Assembly: GCA_002811645.1 (NCBI GenBank)
Contig: PDIP01000052.1
Location: 1-64,000 of the forward strand
From: Corallochytrium limacisporum Hawaii
Taxonomy: Eukaryota; Protista; Pluriformea
Direction: 5' to 3'
DNA: 64,000 nt
Both the position numbers and the translations under genes were made by a program. Of the stretch, positions 34,242 through 46,029 are shown in pieces. Each line of letters begins with the position of its first letter. The first letter of the stretch is position 1. Below the pieces are notes generated by a model, which saw only the letters and a list, made by a program, of their open reading frames with translations, searched no databases and was not told the DNA's origin.

Positions 34242-34901
34242 TCATACAAACACTGCCGGTTGACGAGGCGCAGGCAGTGCTTCCATGCGCCGTCGACGCC
34301 TTTGTCGTGATCGGTACACTGGCGTGATGAGCGTGAACACAAAGCTCAGCACTGTAAACACAAACATGACCACCAATGCATTGAAACTAAACCCGTACTT
34401 CGTGTCCGGTAAGGTCATGTTGAGATTATTTGACTCGTGGAACAGGAATGCCAACGACGCCACTACGGTACCCATGAGAATGAAGGTTATTGCGCTAAAA
34501 AGCCCTGTCCAAGCATAGTCCTTCTTTCCGCCAAATGTCGAAATAATGTGTGCCACCGTTGCTGCCACCGATGTCACGAGTGCTAAAATGGCAATGATCC
34601 GAGCCCCCTGAAAGATAGTACATGAGTCATCTGCCAGCAGAGACGTTGTGTTAGCATTACATGTTGCGTCAATGGGCACGCAGCTGTGAGCGCTTGCACA
34701 GTAAAACAGTAGCCCAAAGGATTCTCCCGTTTCGTTCGACTTATAAATTGCATCTGTAAAGATCCCGGTCACGGCAGCAATCAATGCCGCCGAAAAAAGT
34801 GCTAGAGCCCACATATCCAAGGCAATGAGCTTACTAGCATTGGCACGACGCCGTCGCCGCGGATCTGACGAGTCGCTAACGACCACCCTCCGAGGCCACA
34901 T
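34242..34901 (-). CDS. Tetraspan membrane protein, claudin/PMP22-like
   Basis: Four hydrophobic segments; the first loop has FGLLFYC..C..C..C, resembling the GLW-C-C signature; YGFSF precedes TM4. Confidence 0.65.
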   Translation of the reverse strand: MWPRRVVVSDSSDPRRRRRANASKLIALDMWALALFSAALIAAVTGIFTDAIYKSNETGESFGLLFYCASAHSCVPIDATCNANTTSLLADDSCTIFQGARIIAILALVTSVAATVAHIISTFGGKKDYAWTGLFSAITFILMGTVVASLAFLFHESNNLNMTLPDTKYGFSFNALVVMFVFTVLSFVFTLITPVYRSRQRRRRRMEALPAPRQPAVFV

Positions 34902-36507
34902 GACTACTCGAGTGGTTATCTCCCGACTCTGTTAGAAGTTCATGTACCGTTTCGGTAATTCTATTAACACATGTCCAAAAAAAACACGTAAGTCCGTTGA
35001 TTAAAGGTTTTCCGTAAACCAAGGAAATTCTGTTTTCCGCTACAGACTATGAAAACTACAACAAACCTGTCTTTGTTGTGCGGCGTAGTGTCTCCTTCCT
35101 AAGGTACTCCAAATAGACCAGTATTGCTCAAGGCTATAGTTCCTTTTGTCTGAACTTTTTTCCATAGTTATGATCCAGAGGTTTGGTCTCTCTTACACCT
35201 GTCATTATCTTCAACCGCAACGGTCGATAGACCAACATAGGACATTTGCTACATTCCTTTCGCATGCGCACGGCCACAAGGACATTCCTGCTACAACTAT
35301 CCACTTGGTTAGATGTGTCCCGATGAAGCGAGAGGTCTCCGGTGGGACGGGTGGCTGGTCGAGCGGAATCGTCTGGGGTACACCACCGCAGGACAATTTC
35401 CGTAGTACCACCGGTACAGAATACACTCGCCCATAACCGATTGGTGACAGCCACTCAACTTCGTCCAATACTTTTCGTCATCTGTTGTAATCCCGCAAAA
35501 TATTTGACAAAGCCACAGCATACTAAGGGGCGGATGGTGTGCCTGAAATCTATCAGTACAATATGTAACTTTTTTTTCTTCTTCTTTTGCTATCTCTCCT
35601 CATTGCCTTGGAAGGAGAAGGGGGGGGGGGGCGCCAAGGAGTACGCTGCTCTTTACAAGCGAAGGTTCGGATACCAAGGGAAAAAAAAGGGGGGAGAGAG
35701 AGAGAGAGAGAGAGTATTGGGGAGAGGAGGAGAAGAAGATTGGGGGGGAGGGGAGGGGGGGGAAACGAAGGAAGGAAAAACCCGGGGCCCCCCGGTACCC
35801 GTCCGTCTGTCCTCGTTGGTCGAAATTTTGCACTCGGAGGAGCCCGGTGCGGGGGGTAAGGGGAAAGAGAGAGGAAGGGTGCGGTGGGTAGGGAGAGAGA
35901 GCAGTGCGTGTCTGTGTGTGTGTGAAGCGAGCGAGAGCGAGACAGAGAGAGAGAGAAGGGGGGAGGGGGAAAGAGATAGCACGCCCATAGCGAGTGCATC
36001 TTCTATGGTCCCACCTGTCTTTCACCCTCAGCTCATGTCATGCATGCATCTCTCATGTCCGTACGCAACATCTGTTGATCTCTTCTGTCTTCTGCCTTCC
36101 TCCTCGCTCTCCTCCTGCGCTCCCTATCTTTTCTTTTAGCATGTGTGGGTGTATATGTCTCTCTCTTTTGTCGCTCACTCACCCCGCCGTATACTTTGAT
36201 TTTCTTGTTCGCCACCCAAAACGAGTGTCGGCACCACCAAGTATTATATCACTTTGACCCCTATACTAAAATATTGGATTGATTTTATGCTGTCCACTCC
36301 CTTTATTTTTGCCTTCTCTTCTGTTCGGGGCACTTTCCTTCCTCTCTCCCAAAGGGGGAAGGGTCCGGAGGAGTGAGAAGAGGGGGATAAGGCCCCAACC
36401 TGCCAAAGGCATTGATATGAATTATTTATCTGATTGATTCTCTCCTATGGGTTTTCTATGCTGGTGTCTGTCTTAAAAGTGCTCCACGGTGTGTGTGTGT
36501 GTTGGGG

Positions 36508-36949
36508 NNNNNNNNNNNNNNNNNNNNNNNNNNNNNNNNNNNNNNNNNNNNNNNNNNNNNNNNNNNNNNNNNNNNNNNNNNNNNNNNNNNNNNNNNNNNN
36601 NNNNNNNNNNNNNNNNNNNNNNNNNNNNNNNNNNNNNNNNNNNNNNNNNNNNNNNNNNNNNNNNNNNNNNNNNNNNNNNNNNNNNNNNNNNNNNNNNNNN
36701 NNNNNNNNNNNNNNNNNNNNNNNNNNNNNNNNNNNNNNNNNNNNNNNNNNNNNNNNNNNNNNNNNNNNNNNNNNNNNNNNNNNNNNNNNNNNNNNNNNNN
36801 NNNNNNNNNNNNNNNNNNNNNNNNNNNNNNNNNNNNNNNNNNNNNNNNNNNNNNNNNNNNNNNNNNNNNNNNNNNNNNNNNNNNNNNNNNNNNNNNNNNN
36901 NNNNNNNNNNNNNNNNNNNNNNNNNNNNNNNNNNNNNNNNNNNNNNNNN
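36508..36949. other. Assembly gap (N run)
   Basis: 442 N after a TG repeat and G tract. Confidence 0.99.
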
Positions 36950-37628
36950 GGTAGACAGATCGGGGCGGTGTTATCAATTTAAGCACGCGCAGAGCAACGA
37001 CGGCCCTGACATAGTTGTGGTGGGCTGCTGGTGCTCTCGTTTACACACACACACACATACACCCTTTCTCTGTCATAGTGTGATTTATGGCACATGGTAC
37101 TTCGAAAAAGGAAAGGTTTTGTTGTGTCAGCTCTTTCTGTGACTCACGTTCACACTCGGGCCCAAACCGACTCTTTGTCCGTGTGCTCTTGTCTCGCTCA
37201 CGGGGAGTATTGGTGACCAAGGGCCCATCCCGACCCGTCGGTTCGGTGGGGTTCCTTCTCTTCCTTCACCTCCCTGCAAATTCTCTAGTTGATCCCTTTT
37301 CACCGAGGTGGCAGCTGGCTGTTCAGCTCCTCCCCCCCACCCACCCACCACCCCCCATGCTTCCCTCCCCATACTTCCGCAAGGGCTTACCCGTTCGGAA
37401 AGGACGGTGTCTAACCAAATACACGAACGGCAGCAACCAGCATTCTCATGGGCCATCGTCCTTATCATCCTTCTTGTTTACTTCTCGCTCGCCCGCTTGC
37501 TCTCTCTCTCTCGCTCTCTTTCTCGGCTTCGATATTTGCTCTCCTACATAACAAACCCGGCACAGTACGACTGTTTTGATCCCGCGCGTATGACACATTA
37601 ATGCTACTAAGTAGATCCTTGCAGTGGG

Positions 37629-37647
37629 CTCTGTCTCTGTCTCTGTC

Positions 37648-37680
<33 letters not shown>

Positions 37681-37734
37681 GTCTCTGTCTCTCTGTGTCT
37701 CTCTCTCTGTCTCTGTCCCTCTGTGTCTCTCTCT
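37629..37734. repeat. (CTGTCT)/(CT) microsatellite
   Basis: Visible directly in the sequence. Confidence 0.9.
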
Positions 37735-40700
37735 CCGTTCCTTTGGGATTGCAAAGATTGCAACCGAACAAAACAGAGAAAGAAAAAAGGAAGCAACGAG
37801 TGCGAGAAAGGAACCCCTCCTTCTTAAACCGCCCACTTTTGTTACCGGTAACTCCCTGCTTTAATACTTGCTTCCGTCTTCGATCGCTGGACACATTCTT
37901 CGATGATGTTCGACTGGATGGGCTGCTGCGGCCGACCGGGTTATCAAAGAAGCCTCTAGCATACGAGTTCGAACAAGATTTTCCGTTCATTTCTCATCAT
38001 GAAGCGGACACCTAATTCAAGGGGTACCGGAATCAAAGTGAAAGGCTATGGAGTTAATCCGCGACTACTGGGCCCATCACATCACACACTTCACAAGCAC
38101 ACCCGACCACCACCCGCCAACTTCCTCCGAGAACACTGTTCGAATCAATAGCACTAGTACTTATTTCCTTCTTCATTCCTCTTCATAGACTGCAGATCTA
38201 CCCGGGGGTTCGGCACCCCAGGAATGTGTTTGTTTTTTCCACTGCCATGAAGAGGGTATACCGCACTGTGGAAAACCCCTAATCAAACGATTGTGTGCCA
38301 GATCGTCAACCACACCGGAGAAGCGATGGGTTTCTTGCGGTCTTTTGGAACATAGCAGGCAAGAGAAAAGAAAAAAGAACGACATAAATGGGCGGCTCGC
38401 CCGTGACAATTCCTCGGTATACTATCTGTGCTAACATTGGATACCACGAGTGTGGAATCCTACTGTCTCTAGAGGTCTGCTGACTCAGGCCCGGTTGTGC
38501 AGAGCCAACGCACCGCTCTTCCTGGCCATGTTGAGGGGATGGATGGTTGCCATAGATCACTTTCAATCTCAGTTGTTTCAGTACTGCGCCATCGATCATA
38601 TTGTAGATAGTTGGTATGGCGCAGTTGCCCCTGAATCCTCTCTCCAGACCAAATATATGTCAAACAGGGCCCGTACCCCCTACCAATGCAGCTATGGAGT
38701 ATACATACACACAGTACCTGTGGCAAATGGGAAGCTTGGCCAGGGTCAACCAAGACGTCCGCGGATAAACCATTTGAAGAAAGGACATAAGGGCGAGAAC
38801 CCAATCAGTTTCGTCGTTGTCATTGTATGAGTTGAAGATACGGGCGGTTGGTAGCACTTGCCCCATATTTTCTTCGTATTTGACTGACGTGCTGGTTTAT
38901 GGTGTGAGTCGCGCGCTATCGAGGAAGAAAAAATGAAAGGTGTTGCTTTATGGAGGTGTGTACGGAGAACTAACCTGCTAATGGCCCAAAATGGGGTTTT
39001 TTCACTTTGTGCTGAAAAGCGAAATAAGCCACTATGCAGTAAATTAGAACCTCTGGGGCAAGAAATGAGAAAAGGGGGCGGGAAGGGGGAGAGGGAGGAT
39101 TCCAAAACGTCTGACGTGAAGGGGAAGGTGTTTGCTTGCTTCGCCGGTTTCTCTCCCTTTCCATTTGAGATCTTGACCAAATTTGGGAGTCACTTTGTAA
39201 ACTGAAGCCCTATATCTCCTTTAACAACTATTGGTGAAAGGGCCTTATATTTTGCACTGTCGACCCCCTCCCCCGGGAGTTGGATCACCGCCGCCACTGA
39301 TGGCTGTCCAGTCCCGGTGCTTGGCCGTCGGGTGTAACCACCATGCTAAGGCTGCGCATGGCCCATTAGCCCTTATCACGCAAGAGAATGGGCAGAAAAA
39401 GCACCAGTAACTATACTATCCATGTTGATCCACGGGCAAACCTGAAGCAGTGGGCATGAGAGCATCGGTACCGGAGAACGATCGGGTCAGAACTAGGAGG
39501 TAACGAGACCATAGTCTAGGTCATGTAGAAGCCGTGTTGGTGGTCTCAGCAGTATGATGTATTGATCATTCTCTTCGGTGTTGGTAGGTTGAAATGTCGC
39601 CTGATTGTCTGGGGATCAACCTAGTTGCCAACTATCTGGTCATTGAAATCACATCTGTGGCCCACCAGCGCCCATGCGTGTCCGTTCATATGAGCACCAT
39701 GATATTGTTGGGCTTGTATCGTTACATTGTCCTATGTGGCAGGGAAATCTACAGTACCTCGGCGACCAATTGTCAACAGCTGGAGCGACTGTGGACCAAC
39801 CTTGATGCGCGATGTCAAAGGCCAGCATCTTTCGTGCCATCACCATCGTCGGAGCCGCGACCAAGTTCCGATCATTGTCGAGCTAAGCCGGTGACTTGGG
39901 AGCGCCCACGAAAACAAAGCCACAGTAGATGCACATTCGAGGCCTCGTTACAATGTCCGTATGTTCCCTCGGTAAAAATTATGATCATGAGAATTCTACG
40001 ACTGTTGAAGCTTCATGGTAAGTCTAGTAGCGATGACACCGGACGTTGGGCCCGAATACTGGCCCCGGCGCAAACCCACGCCCTGGCTCCGATGTTTCTG
40101 TCTACGCACTGGGTAGGTTGGTATCATTTCGTCGCCGATACCCAAATTGCGAGGTCCCTGGAACCTCACCGGGCTCGTCCATAGTAATGGCCCAGAAAAC
40201 AAGAACCTTAGTGCCAGGTTGGAATCGTTGCAATTTCCATAGAAAATATACGGAGAACGATTTCCGGTGGCCTTAACGAAGACTGGGCGGTGGCGATGCA
40301 GGACCTCCCCCCCTCCTCCCCTCTGCGTTGTGGCGCCAGGAGCACAATTATTCCCTCTGCCCGCCCCGCTGATGGCGTCTCTGTACCCTTGCCCTAATAA
40401 TGTCATGGGTACACCACGGGCCGCCCCAGTACTAGAAGTACGGAATTTTCTTTCCCCTGATCTTCCTTCCACTTTTCCGGCCGTTTCCCTAGAAAATCCG
40501 AGGAATTTTTTCTTCGCTGCGCAGTGTGCCCAGGAGATACTTCGTCAGTCAGCAAGTAGCCTTCAAGTGTTCACAACGGGTCCAACCCCGCATGCAATGC
40601 CCATGTGTGCTCTATACTTTCACTACCCCGTCCCCGGGTTGTGTAGCCGAGGCTGGTGTGCCGGGCGCCGCACCACGAAATAGAAACTTCCCATGGTGCA

Positions 40701-41658
40701 GGCCGGGGCCGTGCGCTCCGCGGGCCGGTACTGAAACAATGGCTCTTTAGAAACGGATCCACGGAATAATGTCCGCAAACTGAACCGTCTTCACGCGGAA
40801 GGCGTCAAAGTGCACCAAAAGTGAGAAAAGTCGAAGCGCATGGGCAAGATATTTCCCTTCTGCCGCAGTACTGGGGGAGGGGGCGGGCAAACCAGGGGAC
40901 AGGGAAAAGGAGTGGAGAGGTGACAAGCGGCGAGGCACTGGGACAGGGAAAAGGGAAGGGTGGAGTTTAGAGGGAGAGAGAGAGAGCGGAGGAAAAGGGG
41001 GGAGGGGAGGCGAGCGATCGAAAGCGAGAGCGAAAGGGGGCGGTTCCAATTTTCATTTTCATTTTTTTTTCCTTTGTGGTCGGCGGCCCTCTATCCTTCG
41101 GGCACTAGTAATGGGCGCGGGGCTTGACGCGAGGGGAGGGGGGGTAGTAGGAACAGCCGCACGGGCTGCAGTGCTGAGTAACGGTGCGAGCAAGCGACCG
41201 GGCGATCACACCTCTCTCCCCCCGCCCCCTCCCCCGGGGGGGAGGCCCTCTCAACACTCCCCTTCCCCCGCTACTGCGGGTAGAGCGGGAGAGGCAAGAG
41301 TGGGGTCAAGGGGGAGCAAACTGGGAGCGGCAGAGGGTACGGACAGAATCGCAGACCCTGTTGGACATAGCGACCACACCTCTGCAGGACCGGGCTATCT
41401 GCAGCATGTGTTATGTTCATTTGCTTGTGCACCAAACAATCTGTTTGTGTGTGTATGTGTGCGCGCAAAAAGGTATGCCAAACCCGATGCGTGTTCTTGT
41501 ATTACTAGCACTGAAGACGAAGCTCTTATTGTACGGTTTGAGAATTGAGAATCGAAAGGGAAAAAATTGAATGGACAATGAGGGCAACTTGACAACTCTA
41601 TTTGGCTTGATAGCCCTGTAGACTAATTGTTATAACGTCTGCTCAGAGTCTTTCAAAT

Positions 41659-44600
41659 ATGTCAGACATGGAGGAAGACCTCAACGAGGAGATCTGGCCC
41701 AAGTTGGGCCAGCAGTTACTCTTCATGGTCGTGGGCTATATCGCCTGGTCGGGCTTGTTCATCGTAGGCGGTCGTCTGGTCACTGCTTCACCAGAGAGAA
41801 CAGCACGCTATCGTCAGCTTTTCTTGGAGCAAACAGCAAGAGGGAACGCATCGTCTATCGGCTTGGGCTCCAGAACTTTGTACTTGACACTCTCCAGCTT
41901 GGCGGTGGCCATCTGTGTCTTGTGGATTGTTCGCCTTGACAGGAAACAGGAGAGATATGGGTACGAAATTTTTGACTTCACCTCTGCAGTCATTTTTTTG
42001 TGGGTGCGGTTCATTCGTATGGCACTGCCGTCACAGCTCAGTGTATATCGCCGGTTAATTAGTCCGTACAATTTCATGGACGTCATGTCTTCTCTCGCCG
42101 CGCTTGTGCAGGGTTTCCAAAACTTTTGGACTGGGTTTGCATACCTTAAGGTCTTTTTCCTTCTTGAAGTGTACCGGAAGTTCCATAACACATTCAAGTT
42201 TGGTCTGACACAGGTGGACTACCTAGGTATGGAACTTTTTGTCGAAGCCTTCGTGTATATTTTTGCCATGGCTGCCACGATCCAGCTGGTCGAGATTGCG
42301 GGGCCTATCCCGGGAAGCACCTTCAATCCTGAGACACTGAGCAATTTTTTCAACAGTGTGTACTTTATTATTGTCACAATGAGTACGGTCGGTTATGGTG
42401 ACTTAACTACCAACACTGCGGTTTCGCGAGTGCTGAACTTGGTGTTCATTGCTTTCGGTATCATTTTCTTCACATCCGCCATTAATCGTCTCAGCACCCT
42501 CCTGGAACGGCAACGATTAGGTCAAGAGTCTTACGAGCCCAGAAACAACGCACATTTCATTTTGGTCCTCGGCGACCCGACGATCACAGTCATTCGCAAC
42601 TTTTGCTCCGAATTCTATCATTTGGAGGGCGGAAGGTACACGTCTCTGAACTTCCAAGTAGTGCTGCTGATCAATGATGTCGAATGTCACAAGAGTATCT
42701 CTCGATTCGTGGAGTGTGATCAGCTTTTGAAACATCAGGTACGGTGTCTGCAAGGCAGTGTAATTGATACTGATGTGCAAAAACGCTGTGCCCTGGCAAA
42801 ATCGTACAGTGTTTTTGTCTTTCCGTTGGCTTCCTCAACCTCCGACCGGAAGGATTTAGAGATCATCTTCTCCGCTATGATGGTTAGACCCGTGACCCAG
42901 GGTAACATCTACTTGATGCTCGACCGAGCTAAGCATCTCAGTGAATTGGCATCCACAGGCTACCACTTTGAGAATCTAATGTGCAAGGACCAGATGCGCA
43001 TGGGCAAGATTGCTCTAGCCTTTCACGCCCCTGGTTTCAGTACCCTTTTGTACAATATGGTGCGCTGCTATGACCTGGGCTTCCTGAATGACAGGCAACA
43101 GGTGGATCAACTCCCCTTTTGGCAGAAAGAATACTTGTTTGGATGTAGCAATGTCCTGTACGATGTGGCACTGTATGAGGAATTTGAAGGTCAAACCTTC
43201 CAGGAAGTGATCCTAGTTGCCCTGGAGAGAGGTAATATTTTGCCCATTGCCATGGAAGAATACGATGATGTGACACTTAACCCATGGAATCGAGCAATTG
43301 GTGGGGAGCGCAGAGTACTTGCTTTGGCGTCACACTCGAGCGAGATTAGAAAGATTGGTAGGATCATCACCCCAGAGTACCTAGCAGAATTAAGAGCCGC
43401 AAGGCCGAGATATCAGTACGTTTGGGATGACGAAATGGATGAGGAGAAGGAAATTGAAACCAATGGAAAGATGCCTCCCCGCAAGGCAAGCAATCGTAGT
43501 CAGCAAAGTACCCGCCGCCGAACCAGCAGTCCTCGAAGTGGAGCTTTCTCAGAGCACAGTCACCGAACGACCACTGCTGGTCCGGGAGTGGACTTTGGCC
43601 AAAGCAATCGTGCCGCGGTCAAAACTATGCGCACCACTGGTGCCGATGATGCTGTTGCGGCTGCGAATCGACAAACACAAGATGAACTTACCAAGATGCC
43701 CAAGTCCAACTCTGCACGCCCAGCGAGGAGCAACCGGTGGCAAAGTCTCAGAAGTCGACCACGATCGACGCACGCGAGGATTTCTGAACGGTCTCCGAAT
43801 CGGATACTGTTCAATCCATTCACAAGACTGTTCCGCGGGGGGAACCTGGATGTTGAAAATGCAGAAGATCCATCGTCGAGGGCGTACTCCAGCCTCAAGG
43901 AAAGAGCTGCTGTTCTGGAATTAGAAGACATTGATCGCGGTGCAATGTACGGATTTCCCGTGGCACGGGACTTCATAGTTAGCCCACTAGTTGTCAAAGA
44001 AATGCTACGAGAGCCCCGTGGACAGGATCTTCAGCACCATATGGACACGGTACAAGAGACACACTTGCTGGAACACCTGCTCAGTCGCGAGGATGCCAAT
44101 CGTGAGGGACACATTGTTGTCATAGCGAGAAGTACTGAGGTCATCAGCTACCTCCTACGACCACATCGTCTGCGCGAAAGGGCCCTGAAACTACAGCCCA
44201 AAGCAATCGTAATTGTCTGTCCGACGCCTTTGAAGACTGAACACTTCACCATGTTGCAGAAGGATGACCTTGAGAAGGTCTTCTATATTGATGGTACTAT
44301 TAAGACTCCGGCTGTGCAGCGCAAGATTCGTTTGCTGCAAGCGTCCAAGGTGGTCATCCTCAGCGGTGAGGATGAATCCGTCAGACGGCAAGGCCAATTC
44401 ACGGTCGAGGACATGGACACTGTCTTTGACTACCTTCTCCTGCGTACTATTCTACGTCGTGAAAAGGCGATCCACCGTGTCGCCATTTTCGTTGAGATGG
44501 CAGATACGCGGTTCTTGAAGGTACTGCAGTTAAGCAGCCCGATAAAGGAGGCAACAGATGGCATGTCTGTCGATGATGCGGTATGGAAGAGTAGTTTCTT

Positions 44601-46011
44601 CGCGTCAGGTGGTATCTTCTTGACCAATTTGGCCTACTACGTACTGGTACGTACCTTCTCCGTATCAAAACTCCTGGACGTCGTTTATAACTTCGTCGGT
44701 GGCGGCCGCAGCCAAGTGTATGCAGCAAAGGTTAGCAACCTTCTCGACGACATGCAGACTCTGGATCGCACCAACAGCTTCCGCAACCTTCATCATGCAC
44801 GTGGCCGGTCTCCGCATGCGGGCTGCCCGACTCTCAGCCCTCAGCCGACGTATGGTGAGCTGCGAACCATGTTGATTTCCCTTGGATTCTTGCCCCTGGG
44901 TCTGCTTCGCGCTAACAGAGTTCACGATGGTATCTGCTGCAAACAGAGCCATGGAGCGCCCACAGGCCCGGGTCGCTATGTCTACACCAATGCCCCGCCG
45001 GAGGTGCAACTGTGTCGCCATGATCTGGTGTACATCATTCACTCACCCATCAGTCTGGAGACTGTCAATGCAGAGTTGAGCAAGGTGGGTATCTCAACGA
45101 CTGCCCTGGAGACACATCACGTTCCTGATATGAACCAAGGGAACGCTGGTTCTGACACGGACGACGATGATACAAATGCGGATACGGACAGTGGTGATGT
45201 CGACGAAGACTTTGCTCCCTCCACACTGCACACAATGGCGCAATCCACAGTTCATCAAACTGCGCGGTCCACAACCTTTGAACGGCCCATGCCGGGCCCA
45301 TCCGCGATCTTTGCTCTTGGTTCGGATTCCGAACCGCCGAAGGCGACGCCACAGGGCTATGACTCGGATAAGTCCCTCGAGACTGACGAAGATGCTCGCA
45401 TATTGAAGGACAAACCGCTGCCACCCTTTTCGCGCTTCCAGACTGGTACAGTGACGTCCGAGTCCGAAGTCGAAACGAAGATACCAACCTCACCAAGGAA
45501 GCCAGCGGTGAAGGCATCATCATTGCGAAGGAAGAAGGCGAGTACAAGCAGTGGCGGTGGCGGTGGCAGCGATGGCGCACGTATGCGAACGTCCACCGGA
45601 AAGGGCAAGAACCGGAAAGTGTCCGTCTGGGAAGGGGAAGTTAGTCGTGGTTCGACCCGGCGCTCTGGTGGTTCTACTCGCCGGTCTGGCGGCTCCACCC
45701 GGCGCTCGGGAGGCTCCACCCGGCGCTCAGGAGGCTCCTCCACTCGCCGGTCTGGTCCGGGCGTCATTCCCCGCGTGGACAATGTAACCAATGGTCAAGT
45801 TGCCGGTTCTCGTGTGCATGACCTACGCATTACTATTGACCAGGCCACACCGTCCTCTGAAGAACCACAATCACCGGAATTTGGGATGACAGACATGGCT
45901 GCTGACATTCGCCTGCCACCGAGTTGGAACGAGGACACTGGCGCCGGCTGGACTTCGGACCAGCCGTCCCAACAAAAACCGAACGAAAACACCAACAATG
46001 AGCACCAATGA
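41659..46011 (+). CDS. Slo/BK-family potassium channel alpha subunit (S0-S6, pore, two RCK domains, long disordered tail)
   Basis: Pore FFNSVYFIIVTMSTVGYGDL; RCK1 hallmarks (HFILVLG, FCSEFYH, LQGSV, APGFSTLLYNM, WQKEYLFG); RCK2 (HIVV, FASG, PLGLLR, RYVYTNAP). Confidence 0.9.
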   Translation: MSDMEEDLNEEIWPKLGQQLLFMVVGYIAWSGLFIVGGRLVTASPERTARYRQLFLEQTARGNASSIGLGSRTLYLTLSSLAVAICVLWIVRLDRKQERYGYEIFDFTSAVIFLWVRFIRMALPSQLSVYRRLISPYNFMDVMSSLAALVQGFQNFWTGFAYLKVFFLLEVYRKFHNTFKFGLTQVDYLGMELFVEAFVYIFAMAATIQLVEIAGPIPGSTFNPETLSNFFNSVYFIIVTMSTVGYGDLTTNTAVSRVLNLVFIAFGIIFFTSAINRLSTLLERQRLGQESYEPRNNAHFILVLGDPTITVIRNFCSEFYHLEGGRYTSLNFQVVLLINDVECHKSISRFVECDQLLKHQVRCLQGSVIDTDVQKRCALAKSYSVFVFPLASSTSDRKDLEIIFSAMMVRPVTQGNIYLMLDRAKHLSELASTGYHFENLMCKDQMRMGKIALAFHAPGFSTLLYNMVRCYDLGFLNDRQQVDQLPFWQKEYLFGCSNVLYDVALYEEFEGQTFQEVILVALERGNILPIAMEEYDDVTLNPWNRAIGGERRVLALASHSSEIRKIGRIITPEYLAELRAARPRYQYVWDDEMDEEKEIETNGKMPPRKASNRSQQSTRRRTSSPRSGAFSEHSHRTTTAGPGVDFGQSNRAAVKTMRTTGADDAVAAANRQTQDELTKMPKSNSARPARSNRWQSLRSRPRSTHARISERSPNRILFNPFTRLFRGGNLDVENAEDPSSRAYSSLKERAAVLELEDIDRGAMYGFPVARDFIVSPLVVKEMLREPRGQDLQHHMDTVQETHLLEHLLSREDANREGHIVVIARSTEVISYLLRPHRLRERALKLQPKAIVIVCPTPLKTEHFTMLQKDDLEKVFYIDGTIKTPAVQRKIRLLQASKVVILSGEDESVRRQGQFTVEDMDTVFDYLLLRTILRREKAIHRVAIFVEMADTRFLKVLQLSSPIKEATDGMSVDDAVWKSSFFASGGIFLTNLAYYVLVRTFSVSKLLDVVYNFVGGGRSQVYAAKVSNLLDDMQTLDRTNSFRNLHHARGRSPHAGCPTLSPQPTYGELRTMLISLGFLPLGLLRANRVHDGICCKQSHGAPTGPGRYVYTNAPPEVQLCRHDLVYIIHSPISLETVNAELSKVGISTTALETHHVPDMNQGNAGSDTDDDDTNADTDSGDVDEDFAPSTLHTMAQSTVHQTARSTTFERPMPGPSAIFALGSDSEPPKATPQGYDSDKSLETDEDARILKDKPLPPFSRFQTGTVTSESEVETKIPTSPRKPAVKASSLRRKKASTSSGGGGGSDGARMRTSTGKGKNRKVSVWEGEVSRGSTRRSGGSTRRSGGSTRRSGGSTRRSGGSSTRRSGPGVIPRVDNVTNGQVAGSRVHDLRITIDQATPSSEEPQSPEFGMTDMAADIRLPPSWNEDTGAGWTSDQPSQQKPNENTNNEHQ
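45649..45756 (+). repeat. Coding 21-nt tandem repeat, (GSTRRSG) x5, in the channel tail
   Basis: Five heptapeptide units with synonymous codon variation. Confidence 0.9.
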
Positions 46012-46023
46012 ATCTTCATGAAT

Positions 46024-46029
46024 AATAAA
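46024..46029 (+). promoter_or_regulatory. AATAAA polyadenylation signal
   Basis: Just downstream of the channel stop; similar hexamers follow OSCP (48129) and the FAM122-like gene (54807). Confidence 0.45.
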
